Made by a program: the position numbers and the translations under genes. Shown here piece by piece: positions 9,755 through 17,479 of a stretch of DNA of 32,000 nucleotides (position 1 is its first letter; every line of letters begins with the position of its first letter). Source of the DNA: Akkermansia muciniphila ATCC BAA-835 (GTDB taxonomy: Bacteria; Verrucomicrobiota; Verrucomicrobiia; Verrucomicrobiales; Akkermansiaceae). Under the pieces are notes generated by a model, which was not told the origin of the DNA, did no database searches, and worked only from the letters and a program-made list of their open reading frames with translations. The stretch spans positions 1,650,001 to 1,682,000 of the forward strand of contig NC_010655.1 in NCBI RefSeq assembly GCF_000020225.1, written 5' to 3'.

Positions 9755-9989
9755 TCCTCTGTTGATGCTATATTTTCCAAAAAATCATTTTTTTAATAAA
9801 AATGATTGCCTGCGATGGTGCTGAAAGCAGGAAATCTTGAGAAACAAGGTTTTTCCTGTCTTTTGGGAAGCAGGAAAACATGGACAGATTCCTCTTTCCG
9901 TGTTTGGAATTCCATGTTTTCAACGGGAACCGGATGTCCCTCGTGTATCAAATTTTTTCTTAAATTATTCTTCTTCAATATTAAGGCTT

Positions 9990-10010
9990 GAACGCGGATA
10001 ATAAATCCGT
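9990..10010. repeat. site 1B: GAAC plus GCGGA-TAATAAA-TCCGT; right arm of an inverted pair
   Basis: This is a perfect 20-nt inverted copy of 9735-9754. It ends 15 nt before the acyltransferase ATG at 10025. Confidence 0.85.
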
Positions 10011-10024
10011 AGAAATGTTTCTCC

Positions 10025-11212
10025 ATGAGTTTGCCGCTGGCTGATGATGAAGAGAAAGGAAAGCGTTTTTCCTGTGGTTGTCCGGAATATATTTCCCCGT
10101 CCCGGAATTATGGAATAGATGCCTTGCGCATTGTCGCCATGATGATGGTTTTAATTCTTCATCTTTTGGCTTCCATTGATGTTTTGTCTTTGGAGAACCA
10201 TGGGTCCGCTTCCTATAATGTCGGGTGGCTGCTGGAGATTGCCGCTTATTGCGGTGTGAATTGTTATGCGTTAATTACAGGATATGTGTGCTGCGACGGA
10301 ACGTTCAGGTATGAACGTGTGGTTTCCTTATGGTTTCAGGTTGTTTTTTATACATGGGGCAGTTTGCTGCTGGCTCTGTTGTTTTTCCCCCAGGAGGTTC
10401 AGTTGAGTAATATTCTGCATTCCCTTTTTCCGGTTTTATCCGGCCAATATTGGTATGTGACGGCGTATGTGGGGCTGTTTTTCTTCATTCCGTTTCTTAA
10501 CGCCCTGGGGAACAGGCTGACCAAATTACAGTTCCAGTATCTTCTGGTTACCGTTTTCATGCTGTTTTCCATTATTCCCACCCTGCTTCACACGGATGTG
10601 TTCCCGGTGGAAGAAGGGTATAGCATCTGGTGGCTGGGCATCCTTTACATGCTGGGGATGTATGTTAAAAAGCATGGCTTGCTGACGGGAATGAAAACGC
10701 GTCCGTTATGGATGTTTTATGCCGGATGCGTATGTTTTGCCTGGGTTTTCAAGATGGTTCTGAATGTGGTGTCTCCATACCTGATTGGGCAGATCAAGGG
10801 CGGTGGAATGTTTATTCGCTATAATTCTCCTTTTATTGTAGGGCCGGCGGTTGCCCTGTTGCTGATTTTTTCCCGGATGCATTTTTCATCCCGAAGGGCT
10901 GTCTCCTGTATTTCATGGCTGGCGGCAGCGTCGTTCAGCGTTTATGTGCTGCATTGTAATGCTTTGATAGGAAAATGGTTTTTGTGGGATGTCTTTGAGT
11001 GGACAGCGTCTTCTTCCTCAGCCCTGATGGTTGTGAACGTGTTGGCAATAGCCGCCGTGGTTTATGCCGGATGCGCCTTGGTGGACTCCGTGCGGCGTTA
11101 TTTATTTAAGCTCATGAACGTGGAAAGGGGCGCCCGGGCGGTGACGGGCTTTTGCGGAAAGCTGGGGCATGCGTTCCGGAAGATGTGCCGCCGGATAGAT
11201 TCGCATCCCTAA
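10025..11212 (+). CDS. acyltransferase family 3 (OafA/YrhL-like) integral membrane O-acyltransferase
   Basis: The product is 395 aa and polytopic. The N-terminal segment NYGIDALRIVAMMMVLILH matches the acyltransferase-3 pattern (D-x-L-R ... H). GC content is clearly lower than in the flanking genes. Hand counts gave 21/60 and 29/60 G+C on two lines of this gene, against 38/60 on one line of the neighbouring SDR gene. Confidence 0.8.
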   Translation: MSLPLADDEEKGKRFSCGCPEYISPSRNYGIDALRIVAMMMVLILHLLASIDVLSLENHGSASYNVGWLLEIAAYCGVNCYALITGYVCCDGTFRYERVVSLWFQVVFYTWGSLLLALLFFPQEVQLSNILHSLFPVLSGQYWYVTAYVGLFFFIPFLNALGNRLTKLQFQYLLVTVFMLFSIIPTLLHTDVFPVEEGYSIWWLGILYMLGMYVKKHGLLTGMKTRPLWMFYAGCVCFAWVFKMVLNVVSPYLIGQIKGGGMFIRYNSPFIVGPAVALLLIFSRMHFSSRRAVSCISWLAAASFSVYVLHCNALIGKWFLWDVFEWTASSSSALMVVNVLAIAAVVYAGCALVDSVRRYLFKLMNVERGARAVTGFCGKLGHAFRKMCRRIDSHP

Positions 11213-11267
11213 GGATGAGGGAATGCCCTGTTCCGGCGGTTCCGGGCGGTTTTTGTCTGGAGCTGGG

Positions 11268-12551
11268 CTAGTTTTTATTATCGCTTTTATCCAGGAGGGT
11301 TTTAAGCCAGGGAATGACCAGGTCTTTTTTGAAGAAATGGTTGCGCGGGTCCACATTGGCGAAACGGAAAAAGGCGTCCCTGTCCAGACCTGCGGGCAAT
11401 TGGCTGCCGTGCCAGCGTTGGGCAGGGTCCGCAAACCGGGGCTGGTGATGGTACTGGAAATGATCCGGCGCCCCGGCCATACGGTAGGCTGCGGAGATGA
11501 GCTGGAAGTCCCTGTCCAGGCCGCCTTCCGTGCAAATGACAGGGCGCGGAGCGAGAGCCGCCACGATGTCCGGGAAGTCGAATTGTTTCCAGAAGCCCGG
11601 AATGAGGTGGCGGATGGAGTTGGGAGCGGAACGCACGCCCCTGCCGTTGGGCATGGTCATGGTTTTGGCGCGTTCCAGCGTGCGGCACAGAAAGTCGTTA
11701 TATACGAAGGCAAAGATATCCGGGTTCAGGCTGCCCAGAACCATCATGGGTTCCGTTCCCAGGGAGAAGCCGCTGAGGATAATATGGTTTTTTTGCGCCC
11801 AGGGTCGTGTTTTCACCCAATCCAGAATACATTGGTCCGCGTAGGAGGTGTAGCCCAGCCAGCTCCAGTCCATTTCCAGCAGGAAGCGGGCCAGGTTTTC
11901 ATAATCGTGTGAAGAACGGCCTGCGGCGTGTTCCGCGTCTCCTTCTTCACCCGTTCCGGCATTGTCCACCACAATGGCCGCCCATCCCTGCCTGACATAA
12001 TGGAAAGCCATGGCGTTGTTGCCCGGCTGCTGTACGGAAGGCTGGTCCAGATCCGGTGATGTTTCCCCCGCCAGCTCTTCCTTGGTCTGGTCTGACCCGG
12101 GAATGCAGAATAGCACGGGAACCGGATTTTTGTCTGAAGCGTTGTCCGGCAGGAGCACCAGGAACGGTACGGCGGCTCCCGGGAAGGGATAGGCTTCCCA
12201 TTTTTCCACCCGGTAGTGTTCTCTTGGCACGGTTTTTACCAGAACGGGGGCGGGGATATCCGCCTGGGGGGGGAATTTCATCAGTTGTTGCATGGCTTTC
12301 CGGACTTTTTCCCGCCAGGCGGGGAAATCCTTCGGAGCCATATCCGGGGAAAATTCGCATGCCGGACGCAGTTTTTCCAGCATGGTCTGGACGATGCCCC
12401 GGGAGGAAACATGCCGCTGGTCGCTCCGGGATGAATGAAGCACCGCCCAGTCTGCCGCCCGGAATTTTTCACTGGGCGGGGTAAGGGAGAAGGAGGGAAG
12501 AGAAAGGGATGCCAATAGAAGAGAGAAAAAAACGGCGGGCTGAATAGTCAT
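11268..12551 (-). CDS. secreted alpha/beta-hydrolase-fold esterase (427 aa)
   Basis: I place the start at the internal ATG at 12551. This gives the signal-like N-terminus MTIQPAVFFSLLLASLSLPSFSL. A GxSxG nucleophile elbow is present in HIILSGFSLGTEP. The 185 codons upstream of it in the ORF track (to 13106) are low-complexity and overlap the KAS gene on the other strand. Confidence 0.7.
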   Translation of the reverse strand: MTIQPAVFFSLLLASLSLPSFSLTPPSEKFRAADWAVLHSSRSDQRHVSSRGIVQTMLEKLRPACEFSPDMAPKDFPAWREKVRKAMQQLMKFPPQADIPAPVLVKTVPREHYRVEKWEAYPFPGAAVPFLVLLPDNASDKNPVPVLFCIPGSDQTKEELAGETSPDLDQPSVQQPGNNAMAFHYVRQGWAAIVVDNAGTGEEGDAEHAAGRSSHDYENLARFLLEMDWSWLGYTSYADQCILDWVKTRPWAQKNHIILSGFSLGTEPMMVLGSLNPDIFAFVYNDFLCRTLERAKTMTMPNGRGVRSAPNSIRHLIPGFWKQFDFPDIVAALAPRPVICTEGGLDRDFQLISAAYRMAGAPDHFQYHHQPRFADPAQRWHGSQLPAGLDRDAFFRFANVDPRNHFFKKDLVIPWLKTLLDKSDNKN

Positions 12552-12672
12552 GAAGCCAGATTGCCATAAAAGAAGCTTCCATTGCAAGGTTGCAGCGGTG
12601 GTCTTTTCAGGTTGTTCCTGACGCATCGGAAGCTTGAGTTTTTCCGGGCAGGGCGGTAGTCTGGCCGCCGTC

Positions 12673-13848
12673 ATGATGGCGGGGGGTAAGAGTCCTGGAA
12701 GCCCGGAACCGCGGGTATGCGGCCTGGGCCTGGCTTCCGGCTTCGGCATGGGGGCGGCAGTCCATCTTGCCGGGGTAAGGGAAGGGCGCAGAGTGTTGAA
12801 GCCGTTGAGCGAATTGTGGGGCGAAGGTAATCCCTGGGGCGATGTATTGAGCGGATGGATTCCAGACAGGGAATTGTTATGCAGCCGCAGGAACGGCCCT
12901 GCTTCCCAGCTGGCGCTGCTGTTGGCGCGCCAGGCCGTGGAGGATGCCGGATGGGGAAGGAAGGAATTGAGGGATGCCGCCCTGATTGTGGGCAGTTCCC
13001 GCGGGAATGCTTCCGGATGGCTGAGCCCGTGGCCGGGACGGCGGCCCATGAAAATTTTGGCCGTTCCCAATTCCCTGCATAGCGAACTTGCTTCCTGCGT
13101 CAGCATCGAATTGGGAATTTGCGGGCCTTATCACGTGCTGGCGAGCGGCTGTGCCGCCGGCCTGGATGCCGTAGGCATGGCCGCCATGCTGATGCGGCAG
13201 GGAGTTGTTAAGAGAGCGCTGGCTATCGGTCTGGATTTGCCTTTGTGCCGGGAGCTGCTGGGGACGTACTGGGCCTCCGGCATGCTTTCCCGCAATGGTT
13301 TGAATGATCCCTACGGCCCTCTGGCCGACGGCATGTGCATTTCCGAGGGAGGGGCGGCCATAGCCCTGGAATTGTCTTCTGCTCCAGGTATTTATGTGAA
13401 GGATTATCTGGTGAATTCCGATGCCTATAGCCCGCTGGGCATGCCGGAGGACGGAAAGAGCATAGCCGCCCTGCTGGAGGCTGCTTTGAAAAGTCGGGAT
13501 GGAGCGGTTCCTCTGACCGTTTGTCCCCATGCCAGCGGCACGGCGGGGAATAGCGTGTCCGAACGGGCTGCTTTGAAAAGGGTTTTTAAAGACGGACTGC
13601 CGGATTTGAGGATGATGAAGCCGTGGACGGGGCATGCCATTGGAGGCAGCGGAATTTTGGAACTGGCCCTGATGCTGGTCTTTGCCAGGGAGGGGGTATT
13701 GCCTCCCAATCCTCCCTGGGCCACCTTCCCGGAAGGCGGCGCCTGTTCTGCGGAGGAGTTGCCGTTGGCCGGGGGGCGGATGCTGGTCAAATCCGCCGCT
13801 TCCATGGGCGGCCATAATGTGGTGCTGAGTCTGGCTGTGGACGGTTGA
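12673..13848 (+). CDS. beta-ketoacyl synthase family protein (divergent KAS I/II-like condensing enzyme)
   Basis: The ATG is at 12673 (MMAGGK...). RVCGLGLASGFG resembles the KAS N-terminus. The catalytic Cys context is ASGCAAGLDAV, and the two His contexts are CPHASGTAGNS and KPWTGHAIGGSG, so a Cys-His-His triad appears intact. Confidence 0.8.
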   Translation: MMAGGKSPGSPEPRVCGLGLASGFGMGAAVHLAGVREGRRVLKPLSELWGEGNPWGDVLSGWIPDRELLCSRRNGPASQLALLLARQAVEDAGWGRKELRDAALIVGSSRGNASGWLSPWPGRRPMKILAVPNSLHSELASCVSIELGICGPYHVLASGCAAGLDAVGMAAMLMRQGVVKRALAIGLDLPLCRELLGTYWASGMLSRNGLNDPYGPLADGMCISEGGAAIALELSSAPGIYVKDYLVNSDAYSPLGMPEDGKSIAALLEAALKSRDGAVPLTVCPHASGTAGNSVSERAALKRVFKDGLPDLRMMKPWTGHAIGGSGILELALMLVFAREGVLPPNPPWATFPEGGACSAEELPLAGGRMLVKSAASMGGHNVVLSLAVDG

Positions 13849-13871
13849 ATATTGTTGAATAGTGAACGCTT

Positions 13872-15035
13872 ATGAAGAATCCTGAACAGTTTTTGTCAGA
13901 GTTGAAGTCTGCGGGGCTGCTGCGCGTCCTGCGGGATGTGGAATGCCTGCCCGGAGGAATGGCCCGTCTGGCGGATGGCCGGGAAGCGGTCAATCTGGCA
14001 AGCAACGATTATCTGGGGCTGGCCCACCATCCGTCCCTGGCGGAGGCTTTTTCCCGTGCGGTGCGGGATGAAGGGGTCGGAGCCATGGCATCCCGCCTGG
14101 TGACGGGGACGCGGCGGGAACATTCCTGTCTGGAAGAGGCCCTGGCCGCTTTGAAGGGGACTGAAGCGGCGGTCAGTTTTTCCTCCGGTTATGCTACCTC
14201 CCTGGGAGTGATTGCTTCTATTGCGGACCGGGAGGATACGGTGCTGATGGATAAGTTGTCCCATGCCAGCCTGATTGACGGGGCGCGTTTGTCCGGGGCG
14301 CGTTTGTCTACGTTCCTGCATAACGATATGGAGTCATTAAGGAAAAAACTGCAGCATTTGCGGGACGCGAATCCTTCCGGCGGGATTCTGGTAGTGACCG
14401 AATCCGTTTTCAGCATGGATGGAGACCGTGCCCCCCTTCGGGAAATTGTGCGTCTGAAGGATGAATTCGGCGCGTTGCTGCTGGTGGATGAAGCTCACGG
14501 ATTCGGTGTGCTGGGAGAACACGGGGCCGGACTGGCGGAAGAGCTGGGTGTTTCCTCCCGGATAGATTTTCAAATGGGGACTTTGAGCAAGGCTGCCGGG
14601 GTAAGTGGTGGATATGTGGCCTGTTCCCGCGCCTGGGCGGATGTAATGGTTAATTCCGCCCGGTCCCTGATTTATTCCACGGCTCCGCCTCCCGCTTTGG
14701 CCGCCGCCGCCCTGGCCGCGGTGGAAGTGATCCGCAGCGGGGAGGGAAAGGAATTGCGCCGCCGTGTTTCCGTGCTGGCAAACAGTTTGTCCGCCGCACT
14801 GGGGATGCCGGGAAGGCCTCTTTCTTCCATTTTCCCTGTTGTGGTGGGAGAAAACGATGCTGCCCTGGCTGCGGCGGATGCCCTGCTGGAACAGGGCTTT
14901 CTGGCTCCCGCCATCCGTTATCCTACGGTTCCCCGCGGAACGGCCCGGTTGCGCATTACGGTAACGGCTGCGCATGAATCCGGGCAGGTCACGCGGCTGG
15001 GGACGGCGTTGAAGGAGCTGCTGCATGGGAAGTAA
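13872..15035 (+). CDS. bioF: 8-amino-7-oxononanoate synthase (alpha-oxoamine synthase family)
   Basis: SNDYLGL, HASLIDG, SVFSMDGD and VDEAHGFGVLG are present, along with the PLP-lysine context GTLSKAAGVSGGYV. IYSTAPPPALAAAALAAVEVIRSGEG and IRYPTVPRGTARLRITVTAAHE closely parallel E. coli BioF as I recall it. The gene starts 23 nt after the KAS gene. Confidence 0.87.
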   Translation: MKNPEQFLSELKSAGLLRVLRDVECLPGGMARLADGREAVNLASNDYLGLAHHPSLAEAFSRAVRDEGVGAMASRLVTGTRREHSCLEEALAALKGTEAAVSFSSGYATSLGVIASIADREDTVLMDKLSHASLIDGARLSGARLSTFLHNDMESLRKKLQHLRDANPSGGILVVTESVFSMDGDRAPLREIVRLKDEFGALLLVDEAHGFGVLGEHGAGLAEELGVSSRIDFQMGTLSKAAGVSGGYVACSRAWADVMVNSARSLIYSTAPPPALAAAALAAVEVIRSGEGKELRRRVSVLANSLSAALGMPGRPLSSIFPVVVGENDAALAAADALLEQGFLAPAIRYPTVPRGTARLRITVTAAHESGQVTRLGTALKELLHGK

Positions 15036-15170
15036 CGCAGGCGTTGTTTTTGGTTCTCCGCATTGGAGCCGGTTCCTGTTTTTATGCGGGGCCTGCCGGA
15101 AATGGGATTATCCTCATTGATGCCGCCATAAAAAAGGAAGAAGGATATCTGATGCCTGGCGGAACGGAAT

Positions 15171-15184
15171 GACATCCGGATGTC
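15171..15184. promoter_or_regulatory. perfect 14-bp palindrome GACATCCGGATGTC upstream of the 15288 gene
   Basis: The palindrome was read directly from the sequence. It shares the CCGGATGTC core with sites at 9929 and 20852. It lies about 105 nt upstream of the ATG at 15288. Confidence 0.3.
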
Positions 15185-15287
15185 CTGAATAGCAGAGCTT
15201 GCATCTTGACAGGGAAGTTTTCTTCCAGTAAGGGGAAAGAATGAAGGTTCCCAAAGGAATTTTCACTGAACCCTATAAAATAACGTC

Positions 15288-15743
15288 ATGATGAATACTT
15301 CTGATTCTTCTTCCCCTTCGTCCTGCTGCAGCGGTTCTCCTTCCTGCACGGCCGCTCTTGTTCTCGGCATTATCGCCCTGGTATTGGCATTGATCGGTTT
15401 TTTCCCGTGCCTGGGCTGGATTACTCTGATTCCTGCGGGGCTGCTTGCCATTATTGCACTGATCATGAGCATTGTGGCTGTCAGTAAAGGTTCGCCCAAA
15501 GGGGCTCTTGTTGTTGCCATTATCGCGTTGGCCCTGTCCGCCGTTGCGGGAATTGTCCAGGCATGGATGGCCAGCGCTACCGTGACTTACATGGAACAGC
15601 ACCAGGATTATGTGGAAAAGAAGGCTCTGGAAATTCAAAAGGAGCTTCGGCAGATGGAGCAGGAAAACAGGGAGTCATTGAGGCGGTTCGGGGAGGCGGA
15701 TGGAATGTCCCCTGCGGATGGAACAGGCTCCCAGGATTTGTAG
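15288..15743 (+). CDS. small membrane protein, DUF4190-like N-terminal half plus charged coiled-coil-like tail
   Basis: The N-terminus is Ser/Cys-rich. Three hydrophobic spans follow (LVLGIIALVLALIGFF, LIPAGLLAIIALIMSIVAV, ALVVAIIALALSAVAGIV). The tail is KKALEIQKELRQMEQENRESLRRF. The family call is from memory of the pattern. Confidence 0.55.
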   Translation: MMNTSDSSSPSSCCSGSPSCTAALVLGIIALVLALIGFFPCLGWITLIPAGLLAIIALIMSIVAVSKGSPKGALVVAIIALALSAVAGIVQAWMASATVTYMEQHQDYVEKKALEIQKELRQMEQENRESLRRFGEADGMSPADGTGSQDL

Positions 15744-15771
15744 TTCCTGAACCTTTTTAGGAAGATCGGCG

Positions 15772-16149
15772 ATGAATGGCGGGCGCTCTTCATGGCGTTC
15801 ATGCCGTGATAGCTGGGTAGTCAGGAAAGTATGGCTGCCTGTATGGGCTGTTCTGTCCTGCCTGTTGCTGGCGCCCTCCCTCATGGCTCTGGCAATTAGC
15901 CCTGACAGGATGAATTCTCTGGCGGTTTCTGTTGCCGTGCCGCATCGTGAATGCCCGTTGTGCGGCATGACGCGAGGGTATGCGGAAATGGCCCGTGGGG
16001 ATATACGCGCTGCCTGGGGATGGAACCGAGGAGCTCCGGTCTTGTTTATGGCAGGACTGCTCAATGGAGGGGCTGCCGCGGTTTATTTGGCATGGTGCTG
16101 GCGGAGAAGGGCGGGAAGCCGGGAAAAGGAAAATAGTTCTCCCGCGTAG
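15772..16149 (+). CDS. DUF2752-like small membrane protein
   Basis: The CPLCGMTRG motif, typical of DUF2752 (CPxCGxTR), lies between hydrophobic spans. The product is 125 aa. The gene starts 28 nt after the previous gene. Confidence 0.6.
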   Translation: MNGGRSSWRSCRDSWVVRKVWLPVWAVLSCLLLAPSLMALAISPDRMNSLAVSVAVPHRECPLCGMTRGYAEMARGDIRAAWGWNRGAPVLFMAGLLNGGAAAVYLAWCWRRRAGSREKENSSPA

Positions 16150-16646
16150 CATGCCGCAAGGGGGGAACCGGCATCCCCTGTCCCCGGTAAATGACACGGC
16201 GGAAGTTTTGAAGCAGGGCCTGGGAAGTTCTTCTGCCTCCTGTTTATTCCCTGTAACGGGGCTGGCGCCTGGTGGGGGGGGACGGAATGATGTTGAGTTT
16301 TTATTGAATGAATTCCATGCCAAATTCCTCGTAGTGCCGAAGATGAAGTTCCCCTGCCCAGGTTGAGCGTTTTGCCGGAGGGAGCTGCGTTGTTCCTGAA
16401 AAGGAGAGGGGTATGCGGCGCCGGTGTTTCATGCCTTAGGATTATTTTTTGTCAGGAAGGGGAATAGCTTTTCTGGGAATGGCCGGTATTGCCGTTCATG
16501 AAAGGAGTGTTCGTGGTGTGGAATATTTTGATTTTTCTTTATTCCGGTATTTTGTTGATAATGTTGTTTTCTATTAAGTTGTGTAATTTTCTAACATTTT
16601 TATTCTAGGCCCGGTTGATTTTATATATATAGTTTTTGGATATTGT

Positions 16647-17210
16647 ATGAATATTTGCATGTCCATCTATAGATCAATCGAATTGCGGAAGAATACATCC
16701 GGAAGTTATAAGGTCCGGCTGACTATCGACCGGGGAAGCAAGTTCTGCGGCGCCAGGAAATCTCTCGGTCTCGGCACCCATCGGGAGGATTGCGCCCTAA
16801 GACGTGCCTACCTGATGCGATGCCTGCTGTTTCATATGGGATGGTTTCCCGGCGGAAAGATTGCCGTCAGGAATTCAGCCGAATGCGGTATCAAGGATGT
16901 GGTTTGGGACAGCATGGAGTGTTCGGAGGATTCCGGAATGTTCAAGCTTGCCGGCAGGGGAGGCCGCATGGCTGCGGATGAGACCATGGCCATCTGGTTC
17001 CAGACGAATGAAGACGGGAAGGTCCAGTGCCTCCGTCTGCTCATTTCCGGATGGAGGAAGCATGACCGGGCGGATGATTTGAGGGTGCTGATTCAGGGAA
17101 TGCGGCATTGCGCCTCGGAACAGCGCCAGCATCCCTGCCGGATTTTGAATATTGAAATCGGCGCCGGCTCTTTCGCGGCATCCCGGGATGAATGTGTGCT
17201 GAAAGGATAG
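16647..17210 (+). CDS. hypothetical protein (187 aa)
   Basis: This is an ATG ORF directly downstream of a very AT-rich stretch (about 16500-16646). The N-terminal segment SIELRKNTSGSYKVRLTIDRGSKFCGARKSLGLGT loosely resembles integrase arm-type/AP2-like DNA-binding N-domains. No recombinase catalytic motifs are present. Confidence 0.4.
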   Translation: MNICMSIYRSIELRKNTSGSYKVRLTIDRGSKFCGARKSLGLGTHREDCALRRAYLMRCLLFHMGWFPGGKIAVRNSAECGIKDVVWDSMECSEDSGMFKLAGRGGRMAADETMAIWFQTNEDGKVQCLRLLISGWRKHDRADDLRVLIQGMRHCASEQRQHPCRILNIEIGAGSFAASRDECVLKG

Positions 17211-17219
17211 GAAAACGGA

Positions 17220-17447
17220 TTGTCCCAGATACCAGTTTATCCTGGTTTTATTCTGAAGACGCCACATTCCGGTTGGGAAATCCGGCTGTATGTCCGGCAT
17301 GCCTGGCCCGGAGTTTTTTTGGCCGTCATTGACGACGGGAAGGTTGTCCGTATTCCGGGCGAGGCGAAGGCGCGGGAGGAATGGTGCGCTGCCTGCCGGG
17401 AAAGGGAGTTTTGTTTTTCCTGCATGAAAAAACCCCGGATGGAATGA
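17220..17447 (+). CDS. possible small protein (75 aa, TTG start)
   Basis: This ORF has only a TTG start and no recognisable motif. It ends inside the terminator hairpin. Coding status is doubtful. Confidence 0.2.
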   Translation: MSQIPVYPGFILKTPHSGWEIRLYVRHAWPGVFLAVIDDGKVVRIPGEAKAREEWCAACREREFCFSCMKKPRME

Positions 17448-17468
17448 TTGCCATCCGGGGGTTTGTTT
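17433..17468. terminator. bidirectional intrinsic terminator between the 17220 ORF and aspS
   Basis: A perfect 10-bp stem, CCCCGGATGG / CCATCCGGGG, encloses an 8-nt loop. It is preceded by AAAAAA and followed by GTTTGTTT. It sits between convergent genes. Confidence 0.8.
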
Positions 17469-17479
17469 AAGGGATCCGG

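Noticed and set aside
9734-10010. A MITE or transposon interpretation of the inverted-repeat-bracketed segments.
   Set aside because: No target-site duplication flanks any of the three pairs (outer flanks are GGACAG/TAGAAA, CAATA/AGTGT and so on). The enclosed segments are not similar to one another beyond short promoter-like motifs. No transposase gene is present.
12552-13106. The 185-codon N-terminal extension of the 11268-13106(-) ORF.
   Set aside because: The extension is low-complexity and overlaps the motif-bearing KAS gene on the opposite strand. The internal ATG at 12551 gives a clean signal peptide, so the gene is called as 11268-12551.
16301-16432. A 43-aa minus-strand ORF (MKHRRRIPLSFSGTTQLPPAKRSTWAGELHLRHYEEFGMEFIQ) in the 500-bp gap after the DUF2752-like gene.
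   Set aside because: It is below any length at which I can support coding potential. It has no convincing ribosome-binding site and no recognisable motif. It could be a gene remnant, but the sequence alone cannot support that.
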